Positions 1 to 9,385 of a stretch of 64,000 bases of DNA are shown piece by piece. Source of the DNA: Pseudomonadota bacterium. Its GTDB lineage: Archaea > Thermoplasmatota > SW-10-69-26 > JACQPN01 > JAJPHT01. Location of the stretch: positions 1-64,000 of the forward strand of contig JAJPHT010000026.1 in the NCBI GenBank assembly GCA_021325135.1. The letters are read 5' to 3'. How positions within the stretch are numbered: position 1 is the stretch's first letter; each line of letters opens with the position of its first letter. The notes below the pieces were generated by a model. It searched no databases. It saw nothing but the letters and a program-made list of their open reading frames with translations, and was not told the origin of the DNA. The position numbers were made by a program, and so were the translations under genes.

Positions 1-1
1 C

Positions 2-112
2 ACCGGCGGCGACGACGGCTACTGGCTCTTCCTGAACACCCAGGTCAGCGAGGACGGCGGCGTGGTCACGGCCCAGACGGCCACGACCGGCACCCTCGCG
101 GCGGACTTCTGA
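2..112 (+). CDS. 3' end of a hypothetical protein entering from the left edge (partial)
   Basis: Open frame TGGDDGYWLFLNTQVSEDGGVVTAQTATTGTLAADF* with GC3-rich codons, TGA at 110-112. Confidence 0.6.
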   Translation, partial: TGGDDGYWLFLNTQVSEDGGVVTAQTATTGTLAADF

Positions 113-139
113 GGCCAACCTGGAGCTGGGGAGCGCGCC

Positions 140-403
140 TCACCGCTCCTCCCCCGCTCGCTCCTCCTCGGCCTGCGCGCGCCGCCCCAGCCAGATGGCG
201 ACGAAGGTCCCCGCGGCGATGGCCACGGGCAGCGCGAGCAGCTGCACCAGCGCGCCGGCGAGGAGGCGCCCTCCGCAGCCGAAGGCCGCGAGCCCCGCGC
301 ATTCGGGGTTCGCGGGGCCGCGGAGGGCGCCGCCCAGCGCGGCGAGGGCGACGGCGAGGAGGGCGAGGGCCAGGCCCGTGGCCAGCAGGGCGCGGGGGGT
401 CAA
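140..403 (-). CDS. Small membrane protein (2 TM, two Cys in the loop)
   Basis: 87-aa ORF, two hydrophobic segments and a charged tail; TTG start. Confidence 0.55.
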   Translation of the reverse strand: MTPRALLATGLALALLAVALAALGGALRGPANPECAGLAAFGCGGRLLAGALVQLLALPVAIAAGTFVAIWLGRRAQAEEERAGEER

Positions 404-458
404 CGCGGGGCGAGCGGCGCCACAAGGCTTGAAGCGAGCGCCCCGTTTCGGCGGCGCG

Positions 459-2318
459 ATGAAGCTCCACTACGCGGTCGCGATGCCGGAGCCCGAGACG
501 CACCTCTTCCACGTCTCGGTGGAGGTCTCCGGCGCGCAGGGGGACCGGCTGCGCTTCGTGATGCCGGCGTGGGCGCCGGGAAGCTATCTCGTGCGCGACT
601 TCGCGCGGCACGTGCAGGAGGCCGAGGCGGTGGACGCTCGCGGGCGCGCGCTGCCGGTCGCGCGCGTCGACAAGCAGACGTGGGAGGTCGCGCTGGAGGG
701 GCGCTCGCGCGTCGCGTTCCGCTACAAGGTGTACGCCAACGAGCTTTCGGTGCAGACGAGCCACCTGGACGCGACGCACGGCTACGCCAACGGCACGAGC
801 CTCTTCGTCTACGTGGAGGGCGCCAAGGCGCTTCCGGCCACGCTGGAGATCAGGCCCTTCAAGGGGTGGCGCGTGGACGTCGCGCTCCCCTCCGCGGGGC
901 CCAACCGCTTCTCGGCCCGGGACTACGACGAGCTGGTGGACGCGCCCTTCGAGTGCGGCACGCACCGGACCGTGGACTTCCGCGCGGCGGGCAAGCCGCA
1001 CCGCGTCGCGATCTACGGGCAGGGCAACGAGGACGTGGACCGCATCGCCAAGGACCTCAAGGCCATCGTGGAGGAGGAGGCCGCGATCTTTGGGGGCTTG
1101 CCCTACGAGCGATATCTTTTCATCCTGCACCTGCACGACCGGCGCGGCGGGGGGCTGGAGCACCGGGGCAGCAACACGTCCAGCGTGGACCGGTGGAGCT
1201 TCCAGCCCGGGAAGCGCTACGAGGAGTTCCTCGCGCTGGAGGCGCACGAGTTCTTCCACACCTGGAACGTGAAGCGCCTGCGCCCCGCGGTGCTGGGGCC
1301 CTTCGACTACACGCGGGAGAACCACACGACGCTCCTGTGGGCGATGGAGGGCGTCACGTCCTACTACGACCACCTGGTGCTCGCGCGGCTGGGGCTCATC
1401 TCGGAGGATCGATATCGCGAGTTCCTGGCGGAGACGATCACGCAGCTTCGCCAGCAGCCGGGGCGCTTCCACCTCTCGCTCGCGCAGAGCAGCTTCCTCA
1501 CCTGGGTGAAGCTCTACAAGCAGGACGCCAACTGGGTCAACACGGGCGTCTCGTACTACCTCAAGGGCGAGCTCATCGGGCTTCTCCTGGACCTCGCCAT
1601 CCGCGACCGCACCGACGGGCGCAAGTCGCTGGACGACGTGATGCGGGCGCTCTACGAGAAGTACCCCGCCAGCGGTCCCGGCATCCCCGAGCCGCACCAC
1701 GGCGGCGAGGACGGCTGGCGCACGACGCTGGAGGAGGTCACGGGCCTCTCGTGGCGCGCCTTCTGGGAGACGCACATCGAGGGGACGGAGGAGGTGGCCT
1801 TCGAGCCCGCGCTGCGCAAGCTCGGCTGGGCGCTGCGCCCCGTGCGCAAGGAGGAGAAGCCCGACGAGAAGGCGAAGAAGGGCGACTACGCGACGCCGGG
1901 CGCGTGGCTGGGCCTCGACGTCAAGGAGCACGAGAAGCGCATCCTCGTCGCCCGCGTGCTGCACGGCAGCCCCGCCATGGCCGCGGGCCTCTCGCCCGAG
2001 GACGAGCTGGTCGCCTTCGAAGGCGCGCAGGTCAAGGACAAGGACTTCCTGGAGCGGCGCCTCCGCGAGCGGCGCCCCGGCGACACGGTGCGGCTCCACG
2101 CCTTCCGCCGCGGGATGCTCGTGGAGACGCGCGCGACCCTCGCCGAGAACCCGCCCGAGAAGTGGGTCCTCGAGGAGGACAAGCGCGCAAGCCCCCGGGC
2201 CAAGCGCCTGCGCCGCGCCTGGCTCGCGCCCCTCTCCCGCGCAAAACGCGCAAGCCCCGTCGCGGGCGGCAAGCCCAAGCGCGGCGCGCGCTCGCGCATC
2301 GTGGGCGAAGGCGAGTAG
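459..2318 (+). CDS. M61 family (glycyl aminopeptidase-like) metallopeptidase with C-terminal PDZ domain
   Basis: MPAWAPGSY N-terminal motif, GGGLEH, HEFFHTWNVKRLRP (HExxH), EGVTSYY, YYLKG, PDZ-like GSPAMAAGLSPEDELVAF; ATG at 459 chosen over 195. Confidence 0.92.
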   Translation: MKLHYAVAMPEPETHLFHVSVEVSGAQGDRLRFVMPAWAPGSYLVRDFARHVQEAEAVDARGRALPVARVDKQTWEVALEGRSRVAFRYKVYANELSVQTSHLDATHGYANGTSLFVYVEGAKALPATLEIRPFKGWRVDVALPSAGPNRFSARDYDELVDAPFECGTHRTVDFRAAGKPHRVAIYGQGNEDVDRIAKDLKAIVEEEAAIFGGLPYERYLFILHLHDRRGGGLEHRGSNTSSVDRWSFQPGKRYEEFLALEAHEFFHTWNVKRLRPAVLGPFDYTRENHTTLLWAMEGVTSYYDHLVLARLGLISEDRYREFLAETITQLRQQPGRFHLSLAQSSFLTWVKLYKQDANWVNTGVSYYLKGELIGLLLDLAIRDRTDGRKSLDDVMRALYEKYPASGPGIPEPHHGGEDGWRTTLEEVTGLSWRAFWETHIEGTEEVAFEPALRKLGWALRPVRKEEKPDEKAKKGDYATPGAWLGLDVKEHEKRILVARVLHGSPAMAAGLSPEDELVAFEGAQVKDKDFLERRLRERRPGDTVRLHAFRRGMLVETRATLAENPPEKWVLEEDKRASPRAKRLRRAWLAPLSRAKRASPVAGGKPKRGARSRIVGEGE

Positions 2319-2320
2319 GT

Positions 2321-2365
2321 GCGGGGTTTGGGGGCTTCGCCCCTGAAACCCCAATTTGCGCGCGC
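2321..2365. repeat. Short copy of the palindromic REP-like element
   Basis: GCGGGGTTTGGGGGCTTCGCCCCTGAAACCCCAATTTGCGCGCGC shares arms and tail with the copies at 19364 and 59469. Confidence 0.7.
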
Positions 2366-2406
2366 GAAGCAAGTGGATGCCTGCGGCGGAGGTCCTGCAG
2401 TTGATC

Positions 2407-2595
2407 CTAGGGCTTCAGCTCCGCCTCCAGGAGCCGCGCGCAGGTCGCATCCAGGCTCGCCCGCAGGCCTGCCAGCTCCTGCCGCGCGCCGGCCGCGACG
2501 CGGGGCCCGCGGGCGAGGCGGGCCTCCAGGCGACGGATGCGCCGCTCAAGACGGCCGATCTCCGTCCTCAGGAGGCGCCTGGGATGGTGCGGCAT
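2407..2595 (-). CDS. Small coiled-coil hypothetical protein (62 aa)
   Basis: MPHHPRRLLRTEIGRLERRIRRLEARL...ELAGLRASLDATCARLLEAELKP, heptad pattern. Confidence 0.5.
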   Translation of the reverse strand: MPHHPRRLLRTEIGRLERRIRRLEARLARGPRVAAGARQELAGLRASLDATCARLLEAELKP

Positions 2596-2722
2596 GGGGG
2601 GCGGGCTGCACAGTCCTAGGCATGAAACCATTCGCGCGGACGTCGCTCGCGACGGGTCGGATTGCCCCGGGATGGATGATCGGGACGGAGCGCTCAAGTC
2701 CCACCGGGTCCGGGCCGACGCG

Positions 2723-4762
2723 ATGCGCGTTGAGACAGGACAGTCCGCATGGCTGCTCGCGACCGTCGCCGCCCTCGTGGCATCCTCCTCGCTTTCCCTG
2801 GGCTTCGCGCCAACGCTCTCCACGATGACGCTCCTCGCGTCCCTCGCCCTCCTCTCCGCGCGCGGGCTGCGCGCCTCCGCGGAGCGCATGGGCCCCGGCG
2901 CGGCGCGCGCCCTGGTCCTCGCGGGCGGCGCCCTCGCGCTGGCCGGGAGCGCCCTCGCGCTGGACGCCGCGCTCCCCCTCGCCGCGCGCGTCGCGGGGGG
3001 TGCCTTGGGCGCGCAGGCCCTCGTGGCCTCGCTGGGCGCCTCCACGTCGCGGGCCAAGGCGAGCCGCTGGCTCCTCCCCCTCATGGGCCACGGGACGGTC
3101 CTCGCCGCGAGCGTGGGGCTCGTCGTCCTGCGCGGCGCGCTCCCGCCCGCGATCCTCATGGGGTACGCGTCGGGCTTCGCGCTGCTGGCGCTCCACGCGT
3201 CGTGGGCCCAGGGCAGCGCGCCGCGCGCCTCCGTCGCGGGCTGGGAGGTCCCGCTCCTGGCCGCGATGGTCGCGGGCGTCGGGGCCGCGTCGCTCCTCTA
3301 CGCGCGCGAGGTCGTCGCCCTCGCGCTCCTGCGCGGCGCGACGCGCCCGGCCCTCGCGGTCGCCCTCGCCGCGGGCGCCTTCGCGCTGGCGATCCTGTGC
3401 GCGCCGCCCCCCGCGCCGCGCCGGCGCTCGGGCATCCTGCTCGACGTGGTCGCGCACGGCGCGGCGGGCATCGCGCTGCTCAACGTGCTCTTCCTGGGCT
3501 TCTCCGTCGTCTCGGGCTGGAGCCTGCGCCTCGTCTTCGCCCTCCTCTTCGCGTGGCAGCTCGTCGTCATCGGCATGGAGTACCGCACGCTGCGCCACGC
3601 CCGGAGGAGCCGCAAGCGCGGCCCCGCGGCGCGGGACGCCGGCCTGCGCCCCCTGACGGTGGTCGTGCCCGCCGCCAACGAGGAGCACGTCCTCCCGGCG
3701 AGCCTCGCGGCCAACCTGGCGGTGGACCCGCGCCTGCGCTTCCTGCTCGTCCCCGCGACGAAGTCCAGGGACGGCACCGTGGCCCTCGCGCACCGCCTCG
3801 CCGCCGAGCACCCGGAGAGGGTCCGCGTCGTGGAGGGCTCCACCGGCTCCAAGGCGGAGGACCTCAACCTCGCGTGGCGAGAGGTGGACACGGACCTCGT
3901 CCTCCTCCTGGACGCGGACGAGACCATCGACGAGGGCTCCCTGCGCCGCGCGCTGGCCATCCTCGACGCGGAGCCCGACGTGGGCCTCGTGCAGGGGCGC
4001 AAGGTGAGCCGCGCGCCGGGCGAGGGCTTCCTCGCGCGCTTCGTGAGCGCGGAGCGGCGCTACTGCACCTGGATGGACCACGCGATGCACGGCGACGAGC
4101 TGGGAAGCAGCCACTTCGGAGGAAGCGCCGCCCTGCTTCGCCGCGAGGTGCCGCCCTCCCTGGGGGGCTGGACCGACCGCACCATGACCGAGGACATCGA
4201 GTTCACGCTGCGCCTCCACCTGGACGGGCGCTGGCGCATCGTGTACGACCCCGACGTCATCGTGCGCGAGAGCGACCCCTCGACGTTCTCCGACCTCCTC
4301 AAGCAGCGCACGCGCTGGAGCCGCGGCTGGGCGCAGTGCTTCGCGCTCTACTTCGGCAAGGTCGTGCGCTCCCGCGAGCGACTGGGCCGCAAGCGCGCCT
4401 TCGGGCTCGCATGGCTGCTGGTCATCACCGTGAGCGCGCTCTGGACGACCTTCGTGCCCGCGACGCTCCTCATGCGCATGGCGGGCATCTCGCCGCTCCT
4501 TCCCGTGGTCGTGGGCGTCCCGCTGACGCTGATCCTGCTGCCCAGCCGCCTCCTGGCCTACGGCTACGCGGCGCTGCGCGACCCCGTGATCCCGCTGCGC
4601 TTCTCGCCCGCGCGCTTCGCCGAGCTGGCGCTCCAGGCGTACCTGTGGATCCTCCTGGGATGGTTCGTGCAGATCCACGCCCTCTACCTGGAGCTCTCCA
4701 GCGCGCCGCGCGTCTGGTACGTCACCGGCAAGCGCCGCGCCCAGAAGGCCGCCGGGGCGTGA
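2723..4762 (+). CDS. GT2 processive glycosyltransferase (cellulose synthase/IcaA-like) with large N-terminal multi-TM domain
   Basis: VVVPAANEE, GSKAEDLN, LLDADE (DxD), TEDIE, QRTRWSRG (QxxRW); about 10 N-terminal and several C-terminal TM segments. Confidence 0.88.
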   Translation: MRVETGQSAWLLATVAALVASSSLSLGFAPTLSTMTLLASLALLSARGLRASAERMGPGAARALVLAGGALALAGSALALDAALPLAARVAGGALGAQALVASLGASTSRAKASRWLLPLMGHGTVLAASVGLVVLRGALPPAILMGYASGFALLALHASWAQGSAPRASVAGWEVPLLAAMVAGVGAASLLYAREVVALALLRGATRPALAVALAAGAFALAILCAPPPAPRRRSGILLDVVAHGAAGIALLNVLFLGFSVVSGWSLRLVFALLFAWQLVVIGMEYRTLRHARRSRKRGPAARDAGLRPLTVVVPAANEEHVLPASLAANLAVDPRLRFLLVPATKSRDGTVALAHRLAAEHPERVRVVEGSTGSKAEDLNLAWREVDTDLVLLLDADETIDEGSLRRALAILDAEPDVGLVQGRKVSRAPGEGFLARFVSAERRYCTWMDHAMHGDELGSSHFGGSAALLRREVPPSLGGWTDRTMTEDIEFTLRLHLDGRWRIVYDPDVIVRESDPSTFSDLLKQRTRWSRGWAQCFALYFGKVVRSRERLGRKRAFGLAWLLVITVSALWTTFVPATLLMRMAGISPLLPVVVGVPLTLILLPSRLLAYGYAALRDPVIPLRFSPARFAELALQAYLWILLGWFVQIHALYLELSSAPRVWYVTGKRRAQKAAGA

Positions 4763-5124
4763 GCGCGACGGAGGGCGCCGCGCGGGAGGTGCGGCGCCGC
4801 CTGCGCCTGGCGGCGTGGATCCTGGGCGCGGCGCTCGCCGCGGGGCTCGCCGCCCTCGGGGCCCGGACCCCGCCTCTCGCCCTTGCCGCGCCCGCGCTGG
4901 CGGGGCTGGGCTTCCTGGCGGCGCAGAGCGTCCCCCGCGCGGCCCGCCTGGGCGCCGGCGCGGGCTACCTCGCGGGCGCCTCCCTCGCCCGCGCGGGCCT
5001 CCTCGCCTCGGGCCTCGCCCTCGCGCTGGGCGCCCGCGACTGGGGCTATCACCTCTTCGCGGGGCTCCTCGCGGCGGTGGGCGTCTGGATCGCGGCCGGG
5101 GCGAGGCCTCAGATGTCGCGGTAG
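4759..5124 (+). CDS. Small membrane protein translationally coupled to the GT2 gene
   Basis: GTGA overlap with the GT2 stop; about 4 hydrophobic segments. Confidence 0.6.
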   Translation: MSATEGAAREVRRRLRLAAWILGAALAAGLAALGARTPPLALAAPALAGLGFLAAQSVPRAARLGAGAGYLAGASLARAGLLASGLALALGARDWGYHLFAGLLAAVGVWIAAGARPQMSR

Positions 5125-5312
5125 CGGCGCTCGACCACCGTGGTGCGCCGCCGCGTGAAGAGGTGGACGATGGCCAGGAGGATGCCCAGGCCGATGCAGA
5201 CCCACCCCAGCCAGACGAGGCTGCCGCCCAGGGCGGCGAAGCCGAACGCGTTCGTGAAGCTGAGCACGATGCCGACGAGGATCAGGACGATCCCCAGCGA
5301 AAGCAGCGCCAT
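5109..5312 (-). CDS. Small 2-TM protein (paralogue of 5416-5613)
   Basis: MALLSLGIVLILVGIVLSFTNAFGF...GLGILLAIVHLFTRRRT. Confidence 0.75.
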   Translation of the reverse strand: MALLSLGIVLILVGIVLSFTNAFGFAALGGSLVWLGWVCIGLGILLAIVHLFTRRRTTVVERRYRDI

Positions 5313-5415
5313 GCCCCAAGCTCGCCTGCCGGCGCCCTATGAGTTCTGGCCGCTCCGTCGACGCTTCGAAGAAAGGGCCACAAGCCACAACCGGCCCCGG
5401 AGCGGGCTCGACCGC

Positions 5416-5613
5416 ATGCAAACGCTCGGATGGGGCATCGCCCTGGTGATCCTTGGCCTCCTGCTGACCTTCACGCACCTCTTCGGCTTCGTCGTGGGCT
5501 TCCCGCTCCTGGCCATCGGCATCGTGCTCATCGCGGTGGGCGTCATCCTGGGCATCATCCACCTGGTCACGGGCACGACGCGCACGGGCCGCCTCCGCGG
5601 GCGCACCATCTGA
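5416..5613 (+). CDS. Small 2-TM protein (paralogue of 5109-5312)
   Basis: MQTLGWGIALVILGLLLTFTHLFGF...AVGVILGIIHLVTGTTRT. Confidence 0.75.
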   Translation: MQTLGWGIALVILGLLLTFTHLFGFVVGFPLLAIGIVLIAVGVILGIIHLVTGTTRTGRLRGRTI

Positions 5614-5616
5614 GGC

Positions 5617-5949
5617 TCAGCGCTTCGGCCGGCCGCGCAGCTTCGCGCGCCGCGTCCACGCGAGCCCCAGCGCGCGCTGGAACGCGGCGCGCTCCACGCG
5701 GGTGAGGTCCACCCACGTGTGCCCCATGCGCCCGAAGCCGCCCTCGACCGGGCTGAACGCCTCGGGGTGCTCGCGGCAGACCTCGGCCTGCTCCGCGGGG
5801 CCAAGGCCCAGCGAGGCGCGGCGCTCGTCCGGGAAGAGGGTGCAGAACTTCCCGCCGTAGGCGCGGAACGAGGGGAATCCCACGTGGTCGCGCTCCTCCA
5901 CGTCGGGCAGCGCCAGCGCGAGGGTCCGCACCGTCTCGTTGCGGATCAT
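5617..5949 (-). CDS. MmcQ/YjbR family DNA-binding protein
   Basis: VRTLALALPDVEERDHVGFPSFRA.GGKFCTL...EAFSPV.GGFGRMGHTWVDL family pattern; overlaps the upstream stop (ATGA). Confidence 0.85.
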   Translation of the reverse strand: MIRNETVRTLALALPDVEERDHVGFPSFRAYGGKFCTLFPDERRASLGLGPAEQAEVCREHPEAFSPVEGGFGRMGHTWVDLTRVERAAFQRALGLAWTRRAKLRGRPKR

Positions 5950-7115
5950 GGCGTCACGATGTCGCGCTGCGCCCTCGTCGTGACCTCAGGCTTCAGGTCG
6001 CGGTGGACGTACACGTCGATCTCGTTCCTCACGCCGAACTCGGGCAGGTACACGCCCGGCTCGATGGTCACGAGGAGCCCGGGGATCAGCTCGCGCGTGT
6101 CGTAGGTCTCGAAGCCGTCGAGGTTGGCGCCCTCGCTGTGGACCTCTTGGCCCACGCTGTGGCCCGTGCGGTGCGTGAACCACTGGGCGAGCCCCTTCTG
6201 GACCAGGTGCTCGCGCACGGCGTGGTCGGTCTCCGCGCCGGTGGTGGGCTTGCCCCGCTTGGCGGCGGCCTCCAGGTGGTGGACGCCCGCGTCGCGCGCG
6301 TCGCGCACGGCCTCGAACACCTCGACGTGCCGCGCGCTGGGCTTCTTCCCCGCGAAACCGGTCCAGGTGATGTCCGCGTACACCGAGCCGGGCTGGTCGA
6401 GCTTGCCCCACAGGTCGATGAGGACCCAGTCGTCCTTGCGGATGGGGCTGCTCCCCTGCTCGGGGGGCGCATAGTGCGGATCGCCCGCGTGCTCGTTGAC
6501 GCCCACGATGGGCGCGTGGTCGAAGACGAGGCCCGCGTCGCGGAACTTCTTGACGAGGAACTGCTGGATATCAAATTCGGTGACGCGGCGGCCCGCGAGG
6601 GCCTCGCTGAAGGCGTGGGCGAACGCGGCGTCCTTGCTCTCGTCCAGGATTTTCGCCGCCTTGCGGTGCGTGGCCAGCTCGGCGTCGCTCAGGCGCGCAT
6701 AGGCGTACTGGTAGAGGTCGCCGCTGGGGACGACGCTCTTGCCCAGGCCGCGCACCAGATCGAGGGTCCCTCCGTCGACGCGGCTCACGTAGGGGAGCGT
6801 GCCGCCGGGGGCGTACTCCATGGCGACGCTGCGGGCCCCCTTCACGACGTCGGTGAGGGCGTCCACGAGGCTGCCGCGGTGCGTGTAGGAGCGCACCGAC
6901 GCGTCGATGCCCTGGATGGCGCTGCGGTCGATGGCGCTGGCGACGAGCGTGGGGCGCCCCTCGGCGGGGATCCAGTAGAAGACGCGGCGCGTGAGGTGGC
7001 GCTCCTCGCCCCCCAGCACGCGCTTGAGGACGGGGTTGCTCCCCTTGAAGTCGTAGACGAGCCACCCGTCGATGCCCTTCTGGCGGAGGTACTCCTGCGC
7101 CTCGTGAAGACCCAT
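5946..7115 (-). CDS. M24 family Xaa-Pro aminopeptidase/prolidase
   Basis: PHY, LIDLW, YADIT, HRTGHSVG.EVH, TIEPGVYLPEFGVRNE metal-ligand motifs; ATG at 7115. Confidence 0.92.
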   Translation of the reverse strand: MGLHEAQEYLRQKGIDGWLVYDFKGSNPVLKRVLGGEERHLTRRVFYWIPAEGRPTLVASAIDRSAIQGIDASVRSYTHRGSLVDALTDVVKGARSVAMEYAPGGTLPYVSRVDGGTLDLVRGLGKSVVPSGDLYQYAYARLSDAELATHRKAAKILDESKDAAFAHAFSEALAGRRVTEFDIQQFLVKKFRDAGLVFDHAPIVGVNEHAGDPHYAPPEQGSSPIRKDDWVLIDLWGKLDQPGSVYADITWTGFAGKKPSARHVEVFEAVRDARDAGVHHLEAAAKRGKPTTGAETDHAVREHLVQKGLAQWFTHRTGHSVGQEVHSEGANLDGFETYDTRELIPGLLVTIEPGVYLPEFGVRNEIDVYVHRDLKPEVTTRAQRDIVTP

Positions 7116-7211
7116 GCCGGGCGGACCGGGCCGCGTGCGCTTGAAGGTTGCCTGGCCTCCGATGCGTAACCATGCGTCAACGCTTTCTCCGCCGGGCGCC
7201 TCCTCCCTGCC

Positions 7212-7706
7212 ATGACCGAGGACATCGTCCACGAAGCGACCTACCCCTACCCTCCGGAGGAGGTGTGGCGCGCCATCACGGAGCCGGCGGCCCTCAACGC
7301 CTGGCTCATGCAGACCGACTTCCGCGAGGCCGCCGTGGGGCACAGGTTCGAGTTCCGCGACAAGCCGCGCAAGGCCGTGGGCTGGGACGGGGTCACGCGC
7401 TGCGAGGTGCTGGAGGTCGTGCCGCCCCGGCGCTTCGTCTTCCGCTTCGGCGACGGGAGCGGCGGCTTCACGCCGACGACCGTCTCGTGGGACCTGGAGC
7501 GCACGCCCTCCGGGGGCACGCACGTCCGCTTCCGGCACTCGGGCTTCGGCGGCCTGAAGGGGTGGCTCATGCGCCAGGGCATGAACCAGGGGTGGGCGCG
7601 CATGGTGGCCCGCGCCATCCCCTTCGTCATCGAGCGGCGCCGCGCCACTGGCGCGTTCCCCCTGCGCGACGAGGTCAAGGCCAACGCCAGGGCGCCGCGG
7701 GCGTGA
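7212..7706 (+). CDS. SRPBCC (Aha1-like/START) domain protein
   Basis: YPYPPEEVWRAITEPAALNAW, CEVLEVVPPRRF, GGTHVRFRHSGF, GW. Confidence 0.88.
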   Translation: MTEDIVHEATYPYPPEEVWRAITEPAALNAWLMQTDFREAAVGHRFEFRDKPRKAVGWDGVTRCEVLEVVPPRRFVFRFGDGSGGFTPTTVSWDLERTPSGGTHVRFRHSGFGGLKGWLMRQGMNQGWARMVARAIPFVIERRRATGAFPLRDEVKANARAPRA

Positions 7707-7707
7707 C

Positions 7708-8064
7708 ATGCCCCGCGCCATCCGCACCCGCGAGGCGACCGCCGCCCGCGACGCCCGCGTCTTCCGCGCCCTGGCCGACCCCACGCGCCGCCGCATCCTC
7801 CACGTCCTGGGCGGCGGCGAGATGCGCGCAGGGGACGTCGCGCGGCGCTTCGCCATCAGCCGCCCCGCCGTCTCGCGCCACCTGGGTATCCTCCTGGAGG
7901 CGGGCCTGCTCTCCGTGCGAGTCCAGGGGCGGGAGCGCCTCTACGCCATCGTGCCGGGGCCCCTGCGCGACGCGGCGGGGCGCCTGCGGGCCCTCGACGC
8001 GCTCTGGGAGGAGAAGATGGCGCTCCTGGGGGAGCACCTGGCGCGCTCGCGGGGCGAGCGGTGA
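7708..8064 (+). CDS. ArsR/SmtB family transcriptional regulator
   Basis: VFRALADPTRRRIL...ISRPAVSRHLGILLEAGLL...GRERLY. Confidence 0.9.
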   Translation: MPRAIRTREATAARDARVFRALADPTRRRILHVLGGGEMRAGDVARRFAISRPAVSRHLGILLEAGLLSVRVQGRERLYAIVPGPLRDAAGRLRALDALWEEKMALLGEHLARSRGER

Positions 8065-8116
8065 GGGCACCGCGACCGGAACCGCTTTCCCGCGGCCCGT
8101 GCTGCGCCGTGGCAAG

Positions 8117-8434
8117 GTGAAGAAGCGGCTCTGGCATCTCGTGGTGGGCACGCGGGGCGGCCTGAAGCGGGCGGAGATCATCGCCCTCGTCCGCAGGCGC
8201 CCCTACAACGCCCACGAGATCTCCCGCCTCATGGGCGTCGACTACAAGACGGCGCGCCACCATCTGCGCGTCCTGGTGGAGAACGGCGTGCTCGACGCCA
8301 GCGAGGACCACTACGGCACGCTCTACTTCTGGAGCGCCGCCATGCAGGCCAACCTTGCCACGTGGCAGGAGATTTGGGAGAGCGTGGGGCAAAACGCTTC
8401 GGACCCGACCCGCAAGAAGGAGGATGACGTCTGA
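8117..8434 (+). CDS. Archaeal ArsR-like winged-helix regulator
   Basis: LWHLVVGTRGGLKRAEII...PYNAHEISRLMGVDYKTARHHLRVLVENG...YGTLYF; GTG start. Confidence 0.85.
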   Translation: MKKRLWHLVVGTRGGLKRAEIIALVRRRPYNAHEISRLMGVDYKTARHHLRVLVENGVLDASEDHYGTLYFWSAAMQANLATWQEIWESVGQNASDPTRKKEDDV

Positions 8435-8727
8435 TGGAAGCGATCGGTTCCTGGTGGGCGGCCTGCATGGGCCTCTCGGGGCTCGCGGCGCTGCTGCTGC
8501 TCGCGCTGCTGCTGGTGTACGTGCGCAACCTGCGCCGCGCGCCCAGCCCGTTCGCCAAGGGGCTCGTCGCCTTCGCGGGCCTCTTCCTCGCCGAGGCCGT
8601 GGGCTCCATTGGCGTGTGGGCCTCCCTCTCGGGCGAGTACGGCCCCGACGTGGCCATCCCCATGATGGTCATGCGGACGCTGGAGGTCGGCGGCGTGCTG
8701 GCCTTGCTCTACGTGTCGTGGGAGTGA
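8434..8727 (+). CDS. Small 3-TM protein coupled to the wHTH regulator
   Basis: TGATG overlap; LLLVYVRNLRRAPSPFAKGLVAFAGLFL resembles the partner of this regulator type in other Euryarchaeota. Confidence 0.75.
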   Translation: MEAIGSWWAACMGLSGLAALLLLALLLVYVRNLRRAPSPFAKGLVAFAGLFLAEAVGSIGVWASLSGEYGPDVAIPMMVMRTLEVGGVLALLYVSWE

Positions 8728-8766
8728 CCGGCGCCTTTCCGTCTGCGTCACGTCTTGGCGCGACGA

Positions 8767-8806
8767 CGCCACGACGCGACGCTTGGGGAATCGTTGCGTC
8801 GTGGCG
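8767..8806. other. 15-bp intergenic inverted repeat (hairpin)
   Basis: CGCCACGACGCGACG-N10-CGTTGCGTCGTGGCG, one G-U pair. Confidence 0.5.
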
Positions 8807-8910
8807 TTGAGGGGTGAGAAAGCGGAAGGCAGACGTCGGCCCGCAAGAGGTCGCCTGGTCACCCGTCCGTACCCACAAAGCAGAACCATCCCCAGGAGGA
8901 TCGCGGCGGG

Positions 8911-9378
8911 ATGTCCGCCGACGACGCCAGCGCCGCCCTCTCCGAGATCCGCTACAGCCTGCTCATCCTCGGCACGCAGGGCGAGGGCGGGCCGCACTTC
9001 ATGGTCGCCAACTGGGGCGTCCAGGCCTCCTTCGAGCCGCGCCGCTTCGCGATGCTCCTGGAGAGCGGCTCGCGTACTCTGGCCTTCGCGCGCAAGCACA
9101 AGGCGTTCACCGTGAACCTCCTCAGCGAGACGCAGGACTACAAGCCCCTGGTCAAGGACGTGATGAAGAGGAAGGGCGAGGGGCACGCAGCGCAGAAGGG
9201 GGCCCTCGACGCGCCGCGGCTCCCCGAGGCCTACGCCGGGTTCGACTGCAAGCTCGCCAAGGAGGTCGACGTGGGCGGGGACCACACGCTCCTTGTGGCC
9301 GACGTGGTGGACGGCTGGACGAAGGGGGAGGGCCCCGCCGTCGTGCTGGCCGACATGAAGCTCAGCTACGCGGGGTGA
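8911..9378 (+). CDS. Flavin reductase-like (FMN-binding split barrel) protein
   Basis: NWGVQASFEPRR, FTVNLL, GFDCKL, GGDHTLLVADVV; GGAGG SD upstream. Confidence 0.88.
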   Translation: MSADDASAALSEIRYSLLILGTQGEGGPHFMVANWGVQASFEPRRFAMLLESGSRTLAFARKHKAFTVNLLSETQDYKPLVKDVMKRKGEGHAAQKGALDAPRLPEAYAGFDCKLAKEVDVGGDHTLLVADVVDGWTKGEGPAVVLADMKLSYAG

Positions 9379-9385
9379 GCCGCGC

